From the IMG/VR virus record IMGVR_UViG_3300012932_000063: 64,000 nt of DNA; one strand, given 5' to 3'. The notes below the pieces were generated by a model that was not told the DNA's origin, ran no database searches, and saw only the letters and a list, made by a program, of their open reading frames with translations. Below are positions 50,421 through 61,086 of this stretch, piece by piece. The number at the start of each line of letters is the position of its first letter. Positions within the stretch are counted from its first letter, which is position 1. The DNA comes from a virus. The position numbers were made by a program, and so were the translations under genes.

Positions 50421-52328
50421 ATGAATACTATACTTGACAAAGCACATAAATTAGATATATCTCTCTATGATTTCCAAGAAGAAGTGATCATGGAGTTAGA
50501 GTTTTGCGAAAATAACAGGAAGCTATTAACACAACCCACTGGCACTGGTAAGACGGTAGTTTTCATCGCTTATGCTATATTAACCGGCAAACGCACCCTT
50601 ATCATTGTACACAATGATGAGTTAATAGAACAAACTTTGAAAACCATCAAGATGATAAGTCCTAACGTTAAAGCAGGTAAATTCGTAGGCAACCACCGTG
50701 ATTGGGATGCTGATATATTAGTAGCATCCTTACAAAGTATCAAAAATCCGCATAATTTGGTTTTATTAGATAATGACTTTGACCTAGTAATATATGACGA
50801 AGCGCACCATGCTACTTCTGAAACTTCTAAACGTGTGTTGTTTAGATTTGGACTTTGTGATTTAGATACGGCTGGATATAAAAACGTAGAACTATTTCAA
50901 TCGCATTTTTCTGACACCAGAGAACTCATAGGTGTAACAGCTACACCTGAAAGAACAGACGGTACACCGCTTGGTAAAATATTTCATGATAGGATAGATG
51001 CACCACCTATAGAGTGGTTTATTGCTAACGACTACTTATGCGACTTGAAATTTGTGTCTATAGAAACAGGTGTAGACTTATCAGATGTCAGAAGTTATAT
51101 GGGTGATCTCAAAGATTCAGAAATAGCACAAAAATTAGAAGAATCCGGTTATATTAACGAGTTAGCAAGAGTTATCAATGAATACTGCACTGACAGAAAA
51201 AGTATTATTGTATATCTTCCTAACGTAAAAACTGCAAAACTAGCAGCCAAATTAATCAACGAATCCGGCATTTCAGCTGATTATGTCATAGGTCAAGAAC
51301 GCAAAAGACGCAAAGAAGTTATTAAGAAATTTAAGTCTGGTGAAATACGTGTATTAGTAAATTGTTTAGTTTTAAAGGAAGGGTTTGATGCACCTAATGC
51401 TGATGCTATTTTAATATGCAGACCTACTAAATCGCCGTTATTATTAACACAGATGATTGGTAGGTTAACCAGAAGATCACCAGAGACTGGTAAAACCATA
51501 GGCATAGTTTATGATTTAGTCTTTCAAAGACGACAGGAAGATATTATCAGTGCTTCTGATATTTTCGGAGATTTTGAACTCGCTGAATCCGAAAAAGAAC
51601 AGTTAAGTATTAAAGAAAGAATGGATAAACAAATAGAAAGAAAAGCATTAATAGAAACTTTGATTAATAAACTAGATCGTATTAGACACCAAAAAGAATT
51701 AGTACAAGAAGAAAATGAAAGAGAACAAGAAGAAGCCAGAAAAAAGAAACGCATCCTCAAAGAACTCTTAGAATCAGATATGCCCGACTCTGTACAACTA
51801 TTAGTGGATACGCGTATCTTAAATAAATTAGATATGTCATACAAAGAATTCTCTTTAGAATTTAGAAACGAAATTCAAATCTTAAGACTCAAACAAAAAG
51901 GTGATGACTGGATTGACGAACAAGCTGTACCCAAACAAATATCAGAACTTTCACAATTAATGGACTATAATCACGAAGATCTATCTATAATTTCTTGGAT
52001 AGAAGCACAAGTTCTTATAGAACTATTTAAATCCAGTGAACCTATTACTGAACGACAGTTAAAATATTTACGTTTTAAGAAAAATCGTTCACAGGATTTA
52101 GAAAAATATGGTATACCTAATGATTGGGAGATACCTAAAACTAAAAAAGCTGCTAGTAAATTGATTAGTCAATTAGATGGTATAAAAGATAAACCTGAAA
52201 CAGATAGTAATAGTAAACGTAATAATAAAAATTTCAGATCAAGAAATACGTCCAATAGAAATTTCAGGTCAAGAAACACAACTAATAGAAATTTTAGATC
52301 AAGGAGAATCAAATATGGAAAAGCATAA
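50421..52328 (+). CDS. Superfamily 2 DEAD/DEAH-box helicase
   Basis: PTGTGKT, DEAHH, TAT, EGFDAP, QMIGR. Confidence 0.92.
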   Translation: MNTILDKAHKLDISLYDFQEEVIMELEFCENNRKLLTQPTGTGKTVVFIAYAILTGKRTLIIVHNDELIEQTLKTIKMISPNVKAGKFVGNHRDWDADILVASLQSIKNPHNLVLLDNDFDLVIYDEAHHATSETSKRVLFRFGLCDLDTAGYKNVELFQSHFSDTRELIGVTATPERTDGTPLGKIFHDRIDAPPIEWFIANDYLCDLKFVSIETGVDLSDVRSYMGDLKDSEIAQKLEESGYINELARVINEYCTDRKSIIVYLPNVKTAKLAAKLINESGISADYVIGQERKRRKEVIKKFKSGEIRVLVNCLVLKEGFDAPNADAILICRPTKSPLLLTQMIGRLTRRSPETGKTIGIVYDLVFQRRQEDIISASDIFGDFELAESEKEQLSIKERMDKQIERKALIETLINKLDRIRHQKELVQEENEREQEEARKKKRILKELLESDMPDSVQLLVDTRILNKLDMSYKEFSLEFRNEIQILRLKQKGDDWIDEQAVPKQISELSQLMDYNHEDLSIISWIEAQVLIELFKSSEPITERQLKYLRFKKNRSQDLEKYGIPNDWEIPKTKKAASKLISQLDGIKDKPETDSNSKRNNKNFRSRNTSNRNFRSRNTTNRNFRSRRIKYGKA

Positions 52329-52854
52329 TTTTGATATTCAAAACTGGAATCTTTGGCTTACAGAAGTTGATAATATAAAAAAAATATCTGATAGTGAAGA
52401 TACTGTCAAGAAATATGCGGAAGAGTTTAACCTACCAGAAGAACTGATATATTATAGCCTTAAAAAAGAAAAAGAACGATCAGTTAACTCTAAAAGAATT
52501 AATGATTTGAGAACCAATTCTGGCGAATATGTAAAAAACGCAACTAAATTATATAAAGAAGGCTTAGCAGCTATAGAAAAAGAAACAGAAAGAGCTGACT
52601 CTGCTGAGTTAGAGTTATCTGCTGTTAAACGTCAACTTGAATTCGCTATGGATATATTAAGCAAAGACGGCAATGTCTCTGAAATAGAGTTATATCTCTC
52701 TGTGTTAGAAGAAAAAACCAAAAAATCACTTATCAGAGCAGTACAAAAATCGCTACATCCTGACAAACATCCTGGTGTAAATCAGGATACTAATAGAGCA
52801 CTTAATAGTTTTTTTGGTATTATTAACCGAATATTTGAAAAGGAAAGAATTTAA
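52315..52854 (+). CDS. Coiled-coil protein with C-terminal J-domain-like HPD motif
   Basis: KSLHPDKHP flanked by helices. Confidence 0.55.
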   Translation: MEKHNFDIQNWNLWLTEVDNIKKISDSEDTVKKYAEEFNLPEELIYYSLKKEKERSVNSKRINDLRTNSGEYVKNATKLYKEGLAAIEKETERADSAELELSAVKRQLEFAMDILSKDGNVSEIELYLSVLEEKTKKSLIRAVQKSLHPDKHPGVNQDTNRALNSFFGIINRIFEKERI

Positions 52855-52856
52855 TT

Positions 52857-53658
52857 ATGAAATACGAAGAAATTATTGAAAAATCCGTAGCACAAGCCAT
52901 CTCAGATAACATAGGTTCACTAATTGTGAAACAAATTGAATCACATGTTATTTGTTATTCCAGCATGGATGGTGTGAAACCAATCACTGAAATTATAGAT
53001 GATGCTAGAACCTTAAGAAAAATCATAGGGAAAAGCAAAGATGATATATATGCACATGTGACTTTTGATAATTTTAGCGACTTTATTGACGATGCATCTC
53101 GATTTCACATTATGAACTGTCAACTACTTTTCAGATCTATGGAATTTAAGGATAACCAATTTAAACAGAAACCTGAATTTTCTGATATAGAAAAATATAT
53201 TGAAAATCAGGATTTAAAAACAGGACATTCATATAAGTTAAACCTTATAGGCATAGATTTTATAGAAGAAAACGTGCCTGTAAAAATATTAGAAATATCA
53301 AAAGAGAGTCTAATTTGTGTGACTCTTGACCCGCGAGGACCTTATGATGCCAGAATCGAAGACGATATTAAATACGAACTCACAGCACCAACTTTGTACG
53401 GTATGTCAAACGAAAATCTGTAATAACACATCTGATCTTGTAGATGATATTATTAATTTCATTGGTAAATATAGAGACAAAGCTTCTGAAGAAGTTAAAA
53501 CGCATCCTACAGGAGCCGGTTTCTATAAATTATATTTGCGTATAGGCAAAGAAGAAGCTGCTCAAGAAATTGCGAAAGAAGTAGCTTCATTGATTATAAA
53601 CCATGCGCAAGAAACTATTTTAAGAATGGAACCCCAAAAATTAAACATACATGGCTAA
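52857..53658 (+). other. Two hypothetical genes (52857-53423 and about 53400-53658)
   Basis: Co-oriented ORFs. Confidence 0.55.
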
Positions 53659-53668
53659 AGCCTGAAAG

Positions 53669-54313
53669 GTGTCTATGAACAATCCATTTTTTGATGAATT
53701 GAAACAATTTAAGTTCTTTCAGTCTATAGAAGATCATAGAACTCAGACTTATGATAATGCCGAAACATTTGAATGGAACATAGAAACTTTTTATGACGAA
53801 ATGAAAGTGACTTCTCATAGAGAAAGATTAAAAGAAAAATACTCTTATGCTATACCTAATGCTGAAGCTATAAAAGTTATCTGCCACCATTCTCCTATCA
53901 TGGAAATAGGATCAGGCACTGGTTATTGGTCGAACTTAATATCTCAAGAAGGTGGCGAAATAATAGCCATAGAACACGCTGAAGAAAGTAAAGGTTATTT
54001 TAAACCTGAAAATATAGGTAAACACCACCCCGTAAAGATTATAGAAAAACATAACGATGAAATATTATCTGTACCTGATCTATTCACTCTATTTATCTGT
54101 TGGCCGCCTTATGATACTAGTATGGCTTATAAATATCTTAAGGCCTATAAAGGCAACACTTTTATTTATATAGGAGAAAGTCGTGGCGGTTGCACAGCTA
54201 ACGAATCTTTCTTTAATCTCTTAGATCAAAAATGGTGTTTAGAAAGAACGGTATCTATACCACAATTTCCTTCTATACATGATTACTTAGCTGTTTATAG
54301 GAGAATTTCATGA
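53669..54313 (+). CDS. Class I SAM-dependent methyltransferase-like protein
   Basis: EIGSGTGYW glycine motif, LFICWPP, YIGE. Confidence 0.7.
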   Translation: MSMNNPFFDELKQFKFFQSIEDHRTQTYDNAETFEWNIETFYDEMKVTSHRERLKEKYSYAIPNAEAIKVICHHSPIMEIGSGTGYWSNLISQEGGEIIAIEHAEESKGYFKPENIGKHHPVKIIEKHNDEILSVPDLFTLFICWPPYDTSMAYKYLKAYKGNTFIYIGESRGGCTANESFFNLLDQKWCLERTVSIPQFPSIHDYLAVYRRIS

Positions 54314-56124
54314 AAGTATATTTGACAGAGAAAAAATTTATGCCACCCATCGGCACTTTTGAATTTGCGCCTTTAAGTCCGGGGCAAACCAAATTTATGA
54401 TCAAATTTGCAGAAACAGATAACAGTCTTATTAACCTGATAAGAGATGATGTAGTTTGTTATCACTTAGCTACGCAACTAAAAACTACTATACCACTTTT
54501 CTCTTTGACTTCGAACGTCCAGATGTATAATAATTGGGATTTTGACAAATCAGATGACAAGAATCTATTTGACAACGAAATTATTATACCAACTGATAGA
54601 GTGTTGTTTTGTGAACCTGAAAGAGACGAAGATAATAAAATTATAAATTTCAGTTTTACTATAGCAAGTTTTTTCGGCGGACCTATACCAGAAGATATAG
54701 CTTTATATCTTTTTGAATCTTGGAGAGGTAAACCTAATAATCATCTAGAAATAAAGAAATTTCTACAGATTTGCTTTAAGAATACAATGCGTATCCATGA
54801 ACAATATGTGGAAGTGAAAGAGAAAGCAGACAAAGAATTTAAATCTGCTGAAGATATGATTAGAAATTACGACGAAAAAGAATTTAAAAAAGGTTTGAAA
54901 AACTTTGATTTTGACGAGGAATAATAAACATGGCTATATTCGTAGACAATCAAAATAAAAAGTCTTTTAACACTGTTAATTTTGACGGTATGGATATTAC
55001 GAAAGCAGATGAACAGGATCTTATTAGGGCAGGATTATATTCAGTTAATTTGTTAAGACAACATATCTCAGGACTCAAAGCAACACCTATGTTTGTAGGC
55101 CCCGAAGAACAAGCATCTGAGATATTTAGCCTTGTTAACAATTTCTGGTTTGCAGAAAGAAAACTTGATTTACCTGAAGCTAAACATCTCTCTTTTGAAG
55201 ATATTAACAATTCTTTTAATGAAATTATAAGAGGGGACTCTGGTGCTGAGCCAGGTGAATTTGGTATCTATAAAATTAGCGGTAAAGTTGTATTATTTGT
55301 AATTAACAGAGGAGGTTTATTAGAAGACGGGTTCACGGATCAAAGATTCTTTAATATTTATCTTAAAGACGGTAAAGACACTCTATTTGACTTTATACAA
55401 CCTTTGATACATCCTGATTTATTTCAGAGGTTTCGTAAGTATATATTAGGCAAAATAGATTTACAACAGTTTAAGAAGACTGTTAATTACCTTCGTAATC
55501 AAAAGATTAATATTAGAAACGAAGAGTTTATTCCTAATCAAAGGTAATATAGGAGAATAAAACATGTGCTTAATCACAGTAGACAATATAACTGTTAATA
55601 CTGAAACAATTTCAGGTATTCAAATCGAACAATGTTTATCACCTTATGACAGAGGCAAAAGCAGAATTATAGCACCACATCCTATACATGATGATGATGT
55701 CTTTAAGGTTTTTGAAGGACCACATGAGCAGGTAAACGATTTACATAAAAAAATAAGAATGGCTTGGTTTATTAAAACACCACTATATATACCTGAATCA
55801 CGTGCCCTTACAGAAGAAGAAAGAATAGTAGCATTTTCAGAAGTATATCAAAATTCTGACCCTCTTATTTATGACGGTTTAACTTGGTTAATCTATAAAA
55901 CCTGTAAAGATATTTTAGTAGCCAAAAGAATTGTTATTCATGGATCATCAAACCCTGAAATGCAAAAACCTGATATTAGAGTATATACAGAAGTTAACAA
56001 TTCAGAAGAAAGATTGATTAAACTCAACACAGAACTCTCTGAAATTATACCAAAAGAAGGATATAGGGACAAAATTATACGAAGAATCAAAGGCGAATTT
56101 CACACAACCGTGCGGCCAAATTAA
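54310..56124 (+). other. Three hypothetical genes (54310, 54930, 55564)
   Basis: About 200-aa co-oriented ORFs. Confidence 0.65.
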
Positions 56125-56169
56125 CAAAATGAGAAAAAACGTTTACATATATTTTTATTCACATTTGTG

Positions 56170-56455
56170 ATTTTTATGTCGGCCTTATATGATTTGGTAG
56201 GCCTCTGTCGGCCTAATTTTTTGAAGGCCGACAAGCCCAGAATTCAATGGACATATATATTTGTGTACCCTTAGGTCGGCCTCGTAGGCCTTAAATAATT
56301 AGATACGTAGAGGGATATATAAGACAATATAAGAGGGTACTGATCTAGGGTAGGTTTGGGGGAGGCCGTTAGGCCATTAAGGCCGTCCAAAGTCAATGGG
56401 CATCAATGCCGGTGCGCTCCATAGGCCGACAAAAGGGCCGACCAGGCCTCCCAAA
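56170..56455. repeat. Candidate replication origin: 12 GGCC-core iterons around an AT-rich centre
   Basis: GGCC at 56181, 56200, 56210, 56226, 56278, 56287, 56364, 56372, 56381, 56424, 56436, 56445 in a non-coding gap. Confidence 0.6.
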
Positions 56456-56749
56456 TTTCATAAAAAGTTTTCACATTGTAAATATAAAATAAACCGTACA
56501 AATTTCTAAGGCTCCTGTGGCGCATTTCAGATGCCTGTCCCCTGTCATATATCACATTTTTATCTGAAACCATTTTTAGATATGATTGTGATGCTCCTGT
56601 GATATAATCTGCGCCGTATCAGTATGATGTATTTTAAGATATATTTTTCAAGTTTTTGCAGTGCCTGATACCTCAGATTTTTGTTGACTTTTTTCTTTGA
56701 AGAGTGTATGATTTAGGAAAATATAAATTATTGTTTTAGGAGTAATTCT

Positions 56750-57226
56750 ATGAAAAAGATAGATGAAGATTTAAGTAAAATAGTTAGTGTACCTACTTTA
56801 AGAATTTCACGTGATTACGTTATGGATCGTTCACCTGAAGTTATTAAGAAAGAGTTTGAGGAATTATATGACATTAGAGATAATTTAAAAGATGTTTTCG
56901 CTGTTAGTTTTAAAAATAAAACGCATCTTGTCAAAAGGCAAGATTTGTTTAATATTAGAGTCAATTGTCCTGATTGCTCTTTCAATGCTGATTTTGTAAG
57001 TAAACCTAATTTTGGAACATGTAGACGCAGAAAAACATCTATACCAAAAGAGTCTTTGAATTATCTCAAACAAGTAATTAATGTTTCTAAATCACATGCA
57101 AAGATGTATTGTCACACAATTGAAATTGATATGGTATTTCCTAAAAGTTTTATTATAGTAAAACCTAGTGTTTTTAATAGACTCAAACATATATTAATAG
57201 AATTATATTGGTCAATATGCAGTTAA
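56750..57226 (+). CDS. Hypothetical protein
   Basis: AGGAG RBS, promoter TTGACT-17-TATGAT upstream. Confidence 0.65.
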   Translation: MKKIDEDLSKIVSVPTLRISRDYVMDRSPEVIKKEFEELYDIRDNLKDVFAVSFKNKTHLVKRQDLFNIRVNCPDCSFNADFVSKPNFGTCRRRKTSIPKESLNYLKQVINVSKSHAKMYCHTIEIDMVFPKSFIIVKPSVFNRLKHILIELYWSICS

Positions 57227-58086
57227 AATTAATAGAAAATATCAAAACACCTAGCATAGCAACACCTTTGAGATATACTGGTGGTAAGCGAGTGATTGCG
57301 AGAGAAGTTAGAATGCTGATGCCAGATAGTGCTAAAGAAATATTTTCGCCCTTTTTAGGAGGGGGTGGACTTGAGTTACGTATTGCAGCAAGCGGTATTA
57401 ATTTATATGCTTATGATCTAAGCAAGTTTGTTGTTGATTTCTGGAGGGGGTTTCTCAAGGATTCTCATCAGGTATGTCAAGAAGCTTTTACTTTTTATGA
57501 TGAATTAAACAAAATAGATGATATTAAAATAGTTAAGCCTAAGATTAATAAATTATCTAAAGAAAGAAAAGTATTTGACGTGCAGGATATTTGTAAAAGA
57601 GCAGGAATTATTTGGGTTCTAAACGCTGTAACAAGAGATGGTAGACCAGGCGCAACATTTTGTAATAATAGGACTGAGAGCGGTCCTAACAATGGCAAAT
57701 ATTGGGGTATGCGTAGGTTACATTATTTTTTAGAACAGAGATTTACAGATTGGTGGAATCCTTATATAGCAGAAATAGACAGATTAGATTGGCGTGAATC
57801 TATGCATAAGCATCCTAATAAATTTATGTATGCTGATCCTCCTTATGTAGGTAAGGATCGCATGTATGATAGAGATAACGAAAAGTTTGCACATGAAGAA
57901 TTTGCGGCAGAAGTAAAAGCAAGAAATTCTTACTGGATATTATCTTATGGTGAGAATGAAATGATAAGAGATTTATATTCTGATTATAAAATATTAGAAC
58001 CCAAATGGACTAAAAAAGCTATTGCACCTAAGAGTCCACGTCAAGAAAAAGTTGACGGTGATGAATTATTAATTCTTAATATATAG
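57208..58086 (+). CDS. Dam-family (D12 class) DNA adenine methyltransferase
   Basis: YTGGK, SPFLGGGG, YADPPY. Confidence 0.88.
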   Translation: MVNMQLKLIENIKTPSIATPLRYTGGKRVIAREVRMLMPDSAKEIFSPFLGGGGLELRIAASGINLYAYDLSKFVVDFWRGFLKDSHQVCQEAFTFYDELNKIDDIKIVKPKINKLSKERKVFDVQDICKRAGIIWVLNAVTRDGRPGATFCNNRTESGPNNGKYWGMRRLHYFLEQRFTDWWNPYIAEIDRLDWRESMHKHPNKFMYADPPYVGKDRMYDRDNEKFAHEEFAAEVKARNSYWILSYGENEMIRDLYSDYKILEPKWTKKAIAPKSPRQEKVDGDELLILNI

Positions 58087-58104
58087 TAGGGAGAGTATTA
58101 AGTT

Positions 58105-58620
58105 ATGAGCAGAAGATGGTTGGCTGAGGAAATAAGAGATGTCTTGGGTTATTCTAAAGAGAAATTTGATGATATAGAAAGGCTTATCATTTTGCAGAAG
58201 GCATCAAGTATAAAGAACTCCGTGCCTACATATTCCACTTACAAAGGAAGAAGATTGACGGAAGAACAAGTCAAACAAGCATTTGCATCACAGGGTACTT
58301 CTTTGGATGATATTTCCCAATATGTTGAAATTAAGATTGACAAAGATAAAGTAAGCAATTTTCAGGTATATACTGAAATTGAAAACATTAAAAAAATTGC
58401 TAATATCTGTTATTTTGATGCTTATGATCATCATAAAGCTGATCCTAATGATAGGATTATAGTATCTTGTATTTTTTACACGAAAAAATATGTTTATTTT
58501 ACGGTGGTGTATGATGGCTATTATCATATAGATTTTCTACCCCGAAATCCTATTGATTGTTCTGTGGGTGATATGAAGGCTTTTGGTGGCGGTTCGGGAA
58601 GCACAGATATTTGTTCCTGA
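58105..58620 (+). CDS. Hypothetical protein
   Basis: GGAG RBS. Confidence 0.6.
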   Translation: MSRRWLAEEIRDVLGYSKEKFDDIERLIILQKASSIKNSVPTYSTYKGRRLTEEQVKQAFASQGTSLDDISQYVEIKIDKDKVSNFQVYTEIENIKKIANICYFDAYDHHKADPNDRIIVSCIFYTKKYVYFTVVYDGYYHIDFLPRNPIDCSVGDMKAFGGGSGSTDICS

Positions 58621-58682
58621 GTCTGACGTGCCAGAGATTTTTTCGTAACTTGAGCAAATTCTGAGATTTGATATTTTGAAAT

Positions 58683-59228
58683 ATGGAGATTAAGATGTTT
58701 GAAGATTTGCAGGGTAGAAAATTTGATTTGATATATGCGGATCCGCCATGGTCATATAGGCGTCCTGTAAGTAATTCGCGTAAGATAGAAAATCATTATC
58801 CTACCATGGACACTGCTGATATAATTGCTATGCCAGTGTCAGACATCTGTAATGAAAATTGTTTATTATATTTATGGGCTACTGCACCGCAATTATATGA
58901 TGCTATGCAAGTAATAACAGGTTGGGGTTTTGAATACTTAACTTGTGCAATATGGGACAAAAAGAATTTGGGTATGGGTTATTGGTTTAGAATTCAGCAT
59001 GAGTTGCTTTTATTATCTCGCAAAGGTGACATGAGTCCGCCTGCTAAAGAGGTTAGAATAAGATCTGTGATTCGTGTGAAAAAGACTTCTAAACATAGTC
59101 AGAAACCTAAGATACATTCTATATTGGACGATTATCATCCTGATTTGACAAAAATAGAGTTATTTGCTCGTGAAACAGATATGATTATGGATGCTAATAA
59201 TTGGACGGTATGGGGTAATGAGGTATAA
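58683..59228 (+). CDS. MT-A70-family adenine methyltransferase
   Basis: IYADPPW, YPTM, LWAT, HSQKP, IELFAR. Confidence 0.9.
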   Translation: MEIKMFEDLQGRKFDLIYADPPWSYRRPVSNSRKIENHYPTMDTADIIAMPVSDICNENCLLYLWATAPQLYDAMQVITGWGFEYLTCAIWDKKNLGMGYWFRIQHELLLLSRKGDMSPPAKEVRIRSVIRVKKTSKHSQKPKIHSILDDYHPDLTKIELFARETDMIMDANNWTVWGNEV

Positions 59229-59232
59229 TATT

Positions 59233-59517
59233 ATGTCAAAATCAAAAGATGTAAGAGATATGTATATATCTGCTCTTAAGAATTCTCTTAAGAAATCTAA
59301 AGAGGATTATGAAGATGCGGATTTGAGAATTATTTGTTCGGATCCCAAATGTGGTTTTCATATAACGCCTGATTTATCTAGTCATAAAATATCTGGTTAT
59401 GTTAGAAAGCGTGAGAATATTATGACTGTGGCTCAATGTTTCTTTGAAGAATTGTGGTGGGAAGGTTTTAATCATTTCAGAGAAACGGGTCATGAATTAG
59501 GTTTTGAACTTTACTGA
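59233..59517 (+). CDS. Hypothetical protein
   Basis: GAGG RBS. Confidence 0.55.
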   Translation: MSKSKDVRDMYISALKNSLKKSKEDYEDADLRIICSDPKCGFHITPDLSSHKISGYVRKRENIMTVAQCFFEELWWEGFNHFRETGHELGFELY

Positions 59518-59595
59518 CCGGAAGGAGTAATACTCTGGTGGTTCACCGGATATGGTAATACAGTGTTTTCATCTGAAGATGAGGGTGTTTAATTT

Positions 59596-60021
59596 ATGGA
59601 AGATATTAGATTTGAGTTACGATGTGCGCAGTTGCTTTTTGATAAAGGCATCAAATTTCACAATAATAGAGATTATCAGCGAGCTATAGATATGTTTAAT
59701 ATGTCTTTGGCTATATGTCCAGCAAATGTAAGAGCTTGGATTAATATATGTCAGTGTAAAAAGGAATTAGGTGTAGAACATCAAAAGTATCTGGATATTA
59801 TGTCTGATATGTCCTTGAAAGGGCATGTGGAGATAAGTCAGTTTATTTCTGGTGAGGCTGCTATGGAAGATTATGCACCAGATAAGCCTTATGCAATTCC
59901 TGAGGAATTGCGAGATTCTATTGTATCTTGGCATCATCAGGATTTTATTGATGATGTGGATATTATGGATGTTTTTGCGCAAAGTTTTTTTGAGGAGGTA
60001 TTTCCAGATGCAGCGTCCTAA
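59596..60021 (+). CDS. TPR-containing protein
   Basis: KGIKFH..YQRAIDMFNMSLAICPANVRAWINI repeat. Confidence 0.7.
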   Translation: MEDIRFELRCAQLLFDKGIKFHNNRDYQRAIDMFNMSLAICPANVRAWINICQCKKELGVEHQKYLDIMSDMSLKGHVEISQFISGEAAMEDYAPDKPYAIPEELRDSIVSWHHQDFIDDVDIMDVFAQSFFEEVFPDAAS

Positions 60022-60328
60022 TATAGATTTGTGTTGGCGACATAAAAGAAGGTTGTTTTCAATTGTGTCTATATTAGCACAGTCTCAAGGTTATAGTATG
60101 TATGCCAAAGATATTCGTAAATTGGTTGAGATAAACAAATCTGAATTTAAGGTTGCCCTAAAAGATTTAGAATTTTATAATTTAGTAGAATCGAGTATTC
60201 CTCGTGATATGTTTGAGGTGGATCCTTTAACAAATAAAGAAAAAAAAGTTCGTGACAAATTTCTTGTTTTAACGCCTAATGGTATAGATTATTATAGGTA
60301 CATGGAATCAGGTTTTGATTTAGAATAA
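60008..60328 (+). CDS. Winged-helix-like protein
   Basis: LKDLEFYNLVE..LVLTPNG. Confidence 0.55.
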   Translation: MQRPNIDLCWRHKRRLFSIVSILAQSQGYSMYAKDIRKLVEINKSEFKVALKDLEFYNLVESSIPRDMFEVDPLTNKEKKVRDKFLVLTPNGIDYYRYMESGFDLE

Positions 60329-60331
60329 TTT

Positions 60332-60880
60332 ATGTGGGGGGTTTATGAAATGCTAAATGCAGCAAATTTGGATAAGTCACAATATTTGTTATATGCGTGG
60401 CATCGTCAGGATAGTGATCAAGAAATAAAAATAGGTAAATCTACAGCAGGTAGATTATATGGTAGGATTGTCACAGCACAAACAGACAATCCTTATCCTA
60501 TAGTTTTTTTAGGTGTTCAACTTGTAGATGCTGAAAACGAACATGAAATTAAAAGCTATGAGAATAGTATTTTAAAAGAGTTTAATAAAGTGAGAGATGA
60601 AGGTGAATGGGTTTATAGAGATGAAGTGGTAAACGAATGGTTAACACAGAACTGTATACCTGTTGCTTTTGAGGATTTCAAAGGATTTCATAGAGATAAA
60701 ACTCGTGAATTGCGAAAAAAACCTGCGTTTGTTGAAAGAGAACGTAGAAAAACACGTGAACGTAGAGCGCAGCAGAAAGCTATAAAAGAGCAGGGTTTAC
60801 CAGAAGTAGTTGATATTTCGGAAGACAATTCTAATATTACTGATAGAAGATCTTCTGGTATGTTCAAAAAGAGAAAATAA
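60332..60880 (+). CDS. GIY-YIG / T5orf172-like protein
   Basis: EIKIGKS..R..QTDNP..E..GEW. Confidence 0.65.
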   Translation: MWGVYEMLNAANLDKSQYLLYAWHRQDSDQEIKIGKSTAGRLYGRIVTAQTDNPYPIVFLGVQLVDAENEHEIKSYENSILKEFNKVRDEGEWVYRDEVVNEWLTQNCIPVAFEDFKGFHRDKTRELRKKPAFVERERRKTRERRAQQKAIKEQGLPEVVDISEDNSNITDRRSSGMFKKRK

Positions 60881-60921
60881 CTTCAGTTTATATTTTAACA
60901 TCTATGTTAGGATAGTTTACC

Positions 60922-61080
60922 TTGACAAATTTTTTAGTTTTGTATATAATGTTTGTTTAAATCCTCCGGTGCGGTTGAGTAATTTTGTGATATGCGCATA
61001 TCACAAACCTAAGTGTTGGTGTGTTAATAGCATCAGCACTTATCTTAATCGCAAATGTAGAGGATTTATTATTAGGAGGA
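60922..61080 (+). promoter_or_regulatory. Promoter and structured 5' leader of the primase gene
   Basis: TTGACA-17-TATAAT, then four long stems, then AGGAGG RBS. Confidence 0.65.
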
Positions 61081-61086
61081 TATATA

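Noticed and set aside
52225-52305. 27-nt tandem repeat
   Set aside because: Encodes a low-complexity NFRSRNT tail of the helicase; not an array.
59518-59590. Short GC-rich intergenic hairpins
   Set aside because: Stems are short and match no riboswitch consensus I can recognise.
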